Shown here piece by piece: positions 47,389 to 47,495 of a DNA stretch of 47,495 nucleotides; within the stretch, counting starts at the first letter, position 1, and each line of letters begins with the position of its first letter. The stretch lies in assembly GCA_039934415.1 (NCBI GenBank), contig JBDTME010000001.1, positions 1-47,495 on the forward strand. Reading direction: 5' to 3'. A program made the translations under genes and the position numbers. Under the pieces are notes generated by a model. It had not been told where the DNA came from and did not search any database. It saw nothing but the letters and a program-made list of their open reading frames with translations. The DNA is from Patescibacteria group bacterium. GTDB taxonomy: Bacteria > Patescibacteriota > Microgenomatia > UBA1400 > PJMF01.

Positions 47389-47495
47389 TTATAACGTCTT
47401 GGCTTTTTCGATTGCGTCTTCAATTGTTCCGACCATATAAAATGCCTGTTCAGGTAAGTTGTCGTGTTTACCATCCAAGATTTCTTGGAAGCCAC
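47389..47495 (-). CDS. atpD: 3' end of F1 ATP synthase beta subunit (partial, not in the ORF track)
   Basis: My manual translation is [34 protein letters not shown]. Confidence 0.95.
   Translation of the reverse strand, partial: GFQEILDGKHDNLPEQAFYMVGTIEDAIEKAKTL

Noticed and set aside
1-47495. CRISPR array, tRNA or rRNA genes
   Set aside because: I saw no repeat-spacer periodicity or cloverleaf. The GTTCGA near 41559-41564 on the minus strand belongs to a T-box hairpin. A by-eye scan could miss a very short array.
1-47495. Alternative genetic code (UGA=Gly) as in some CPR lineages
   Set aside because: Long genes have no internal TGA, and TGA ends many genes at the expected positions, including ATGA overlaps.

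Overview
A gene-dense, mostly housekeeping bacterial window in standard genetic code (TGA is used as a stop). I infer a Patescibacteria/CPR genome of the Microgenomates type. This rests on the class I LysRS, short PK and glucan phosphorylase, a dockerin-bearing surface protein, many small orphan genes and many SD-less starts; no search was run. Contents from left to right: (1) a probable IS200/IS605 end fused to the 3' part of a DNA methyltransferase gene, and small accessory genes; (2) an MFS transporter and a secreted lectin-dockerin-GH16 enzyme; (3) C39 peptidase, GNAT and triple zinc-ribbon genes, then znuACB with a palindromic operator over its -35 box; (4) efp-epmA, divergent from speD-DUF2156; (5) a six-gene signalling cluster with a stand-alone membrane domain, a 92-aa protein, two soluble kinases and two bare receivers; (6) typA, a membrane-anchored nitroreductase plus cytochrome b5 pair, glgP, an RRM protein and a yibE/F-Fur pair; (7) glycan genes, pyk, a pseudouridine synthase and secA; (8) serS and lysS, each behind a T-box leader, among Nudix/HD genes; (9) greA and the end of the atp operon. 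The best candidate for something new is the serS T-box. It seems to have an ultrashort Stem I with the Ser specifier in the apical loop, yet drives a terminator, while the lysS T-box 4 kb away is canonical. No CRISPR array, tRNA or rRNA gene was seen. All family assignments come from motifs recognised by eye.
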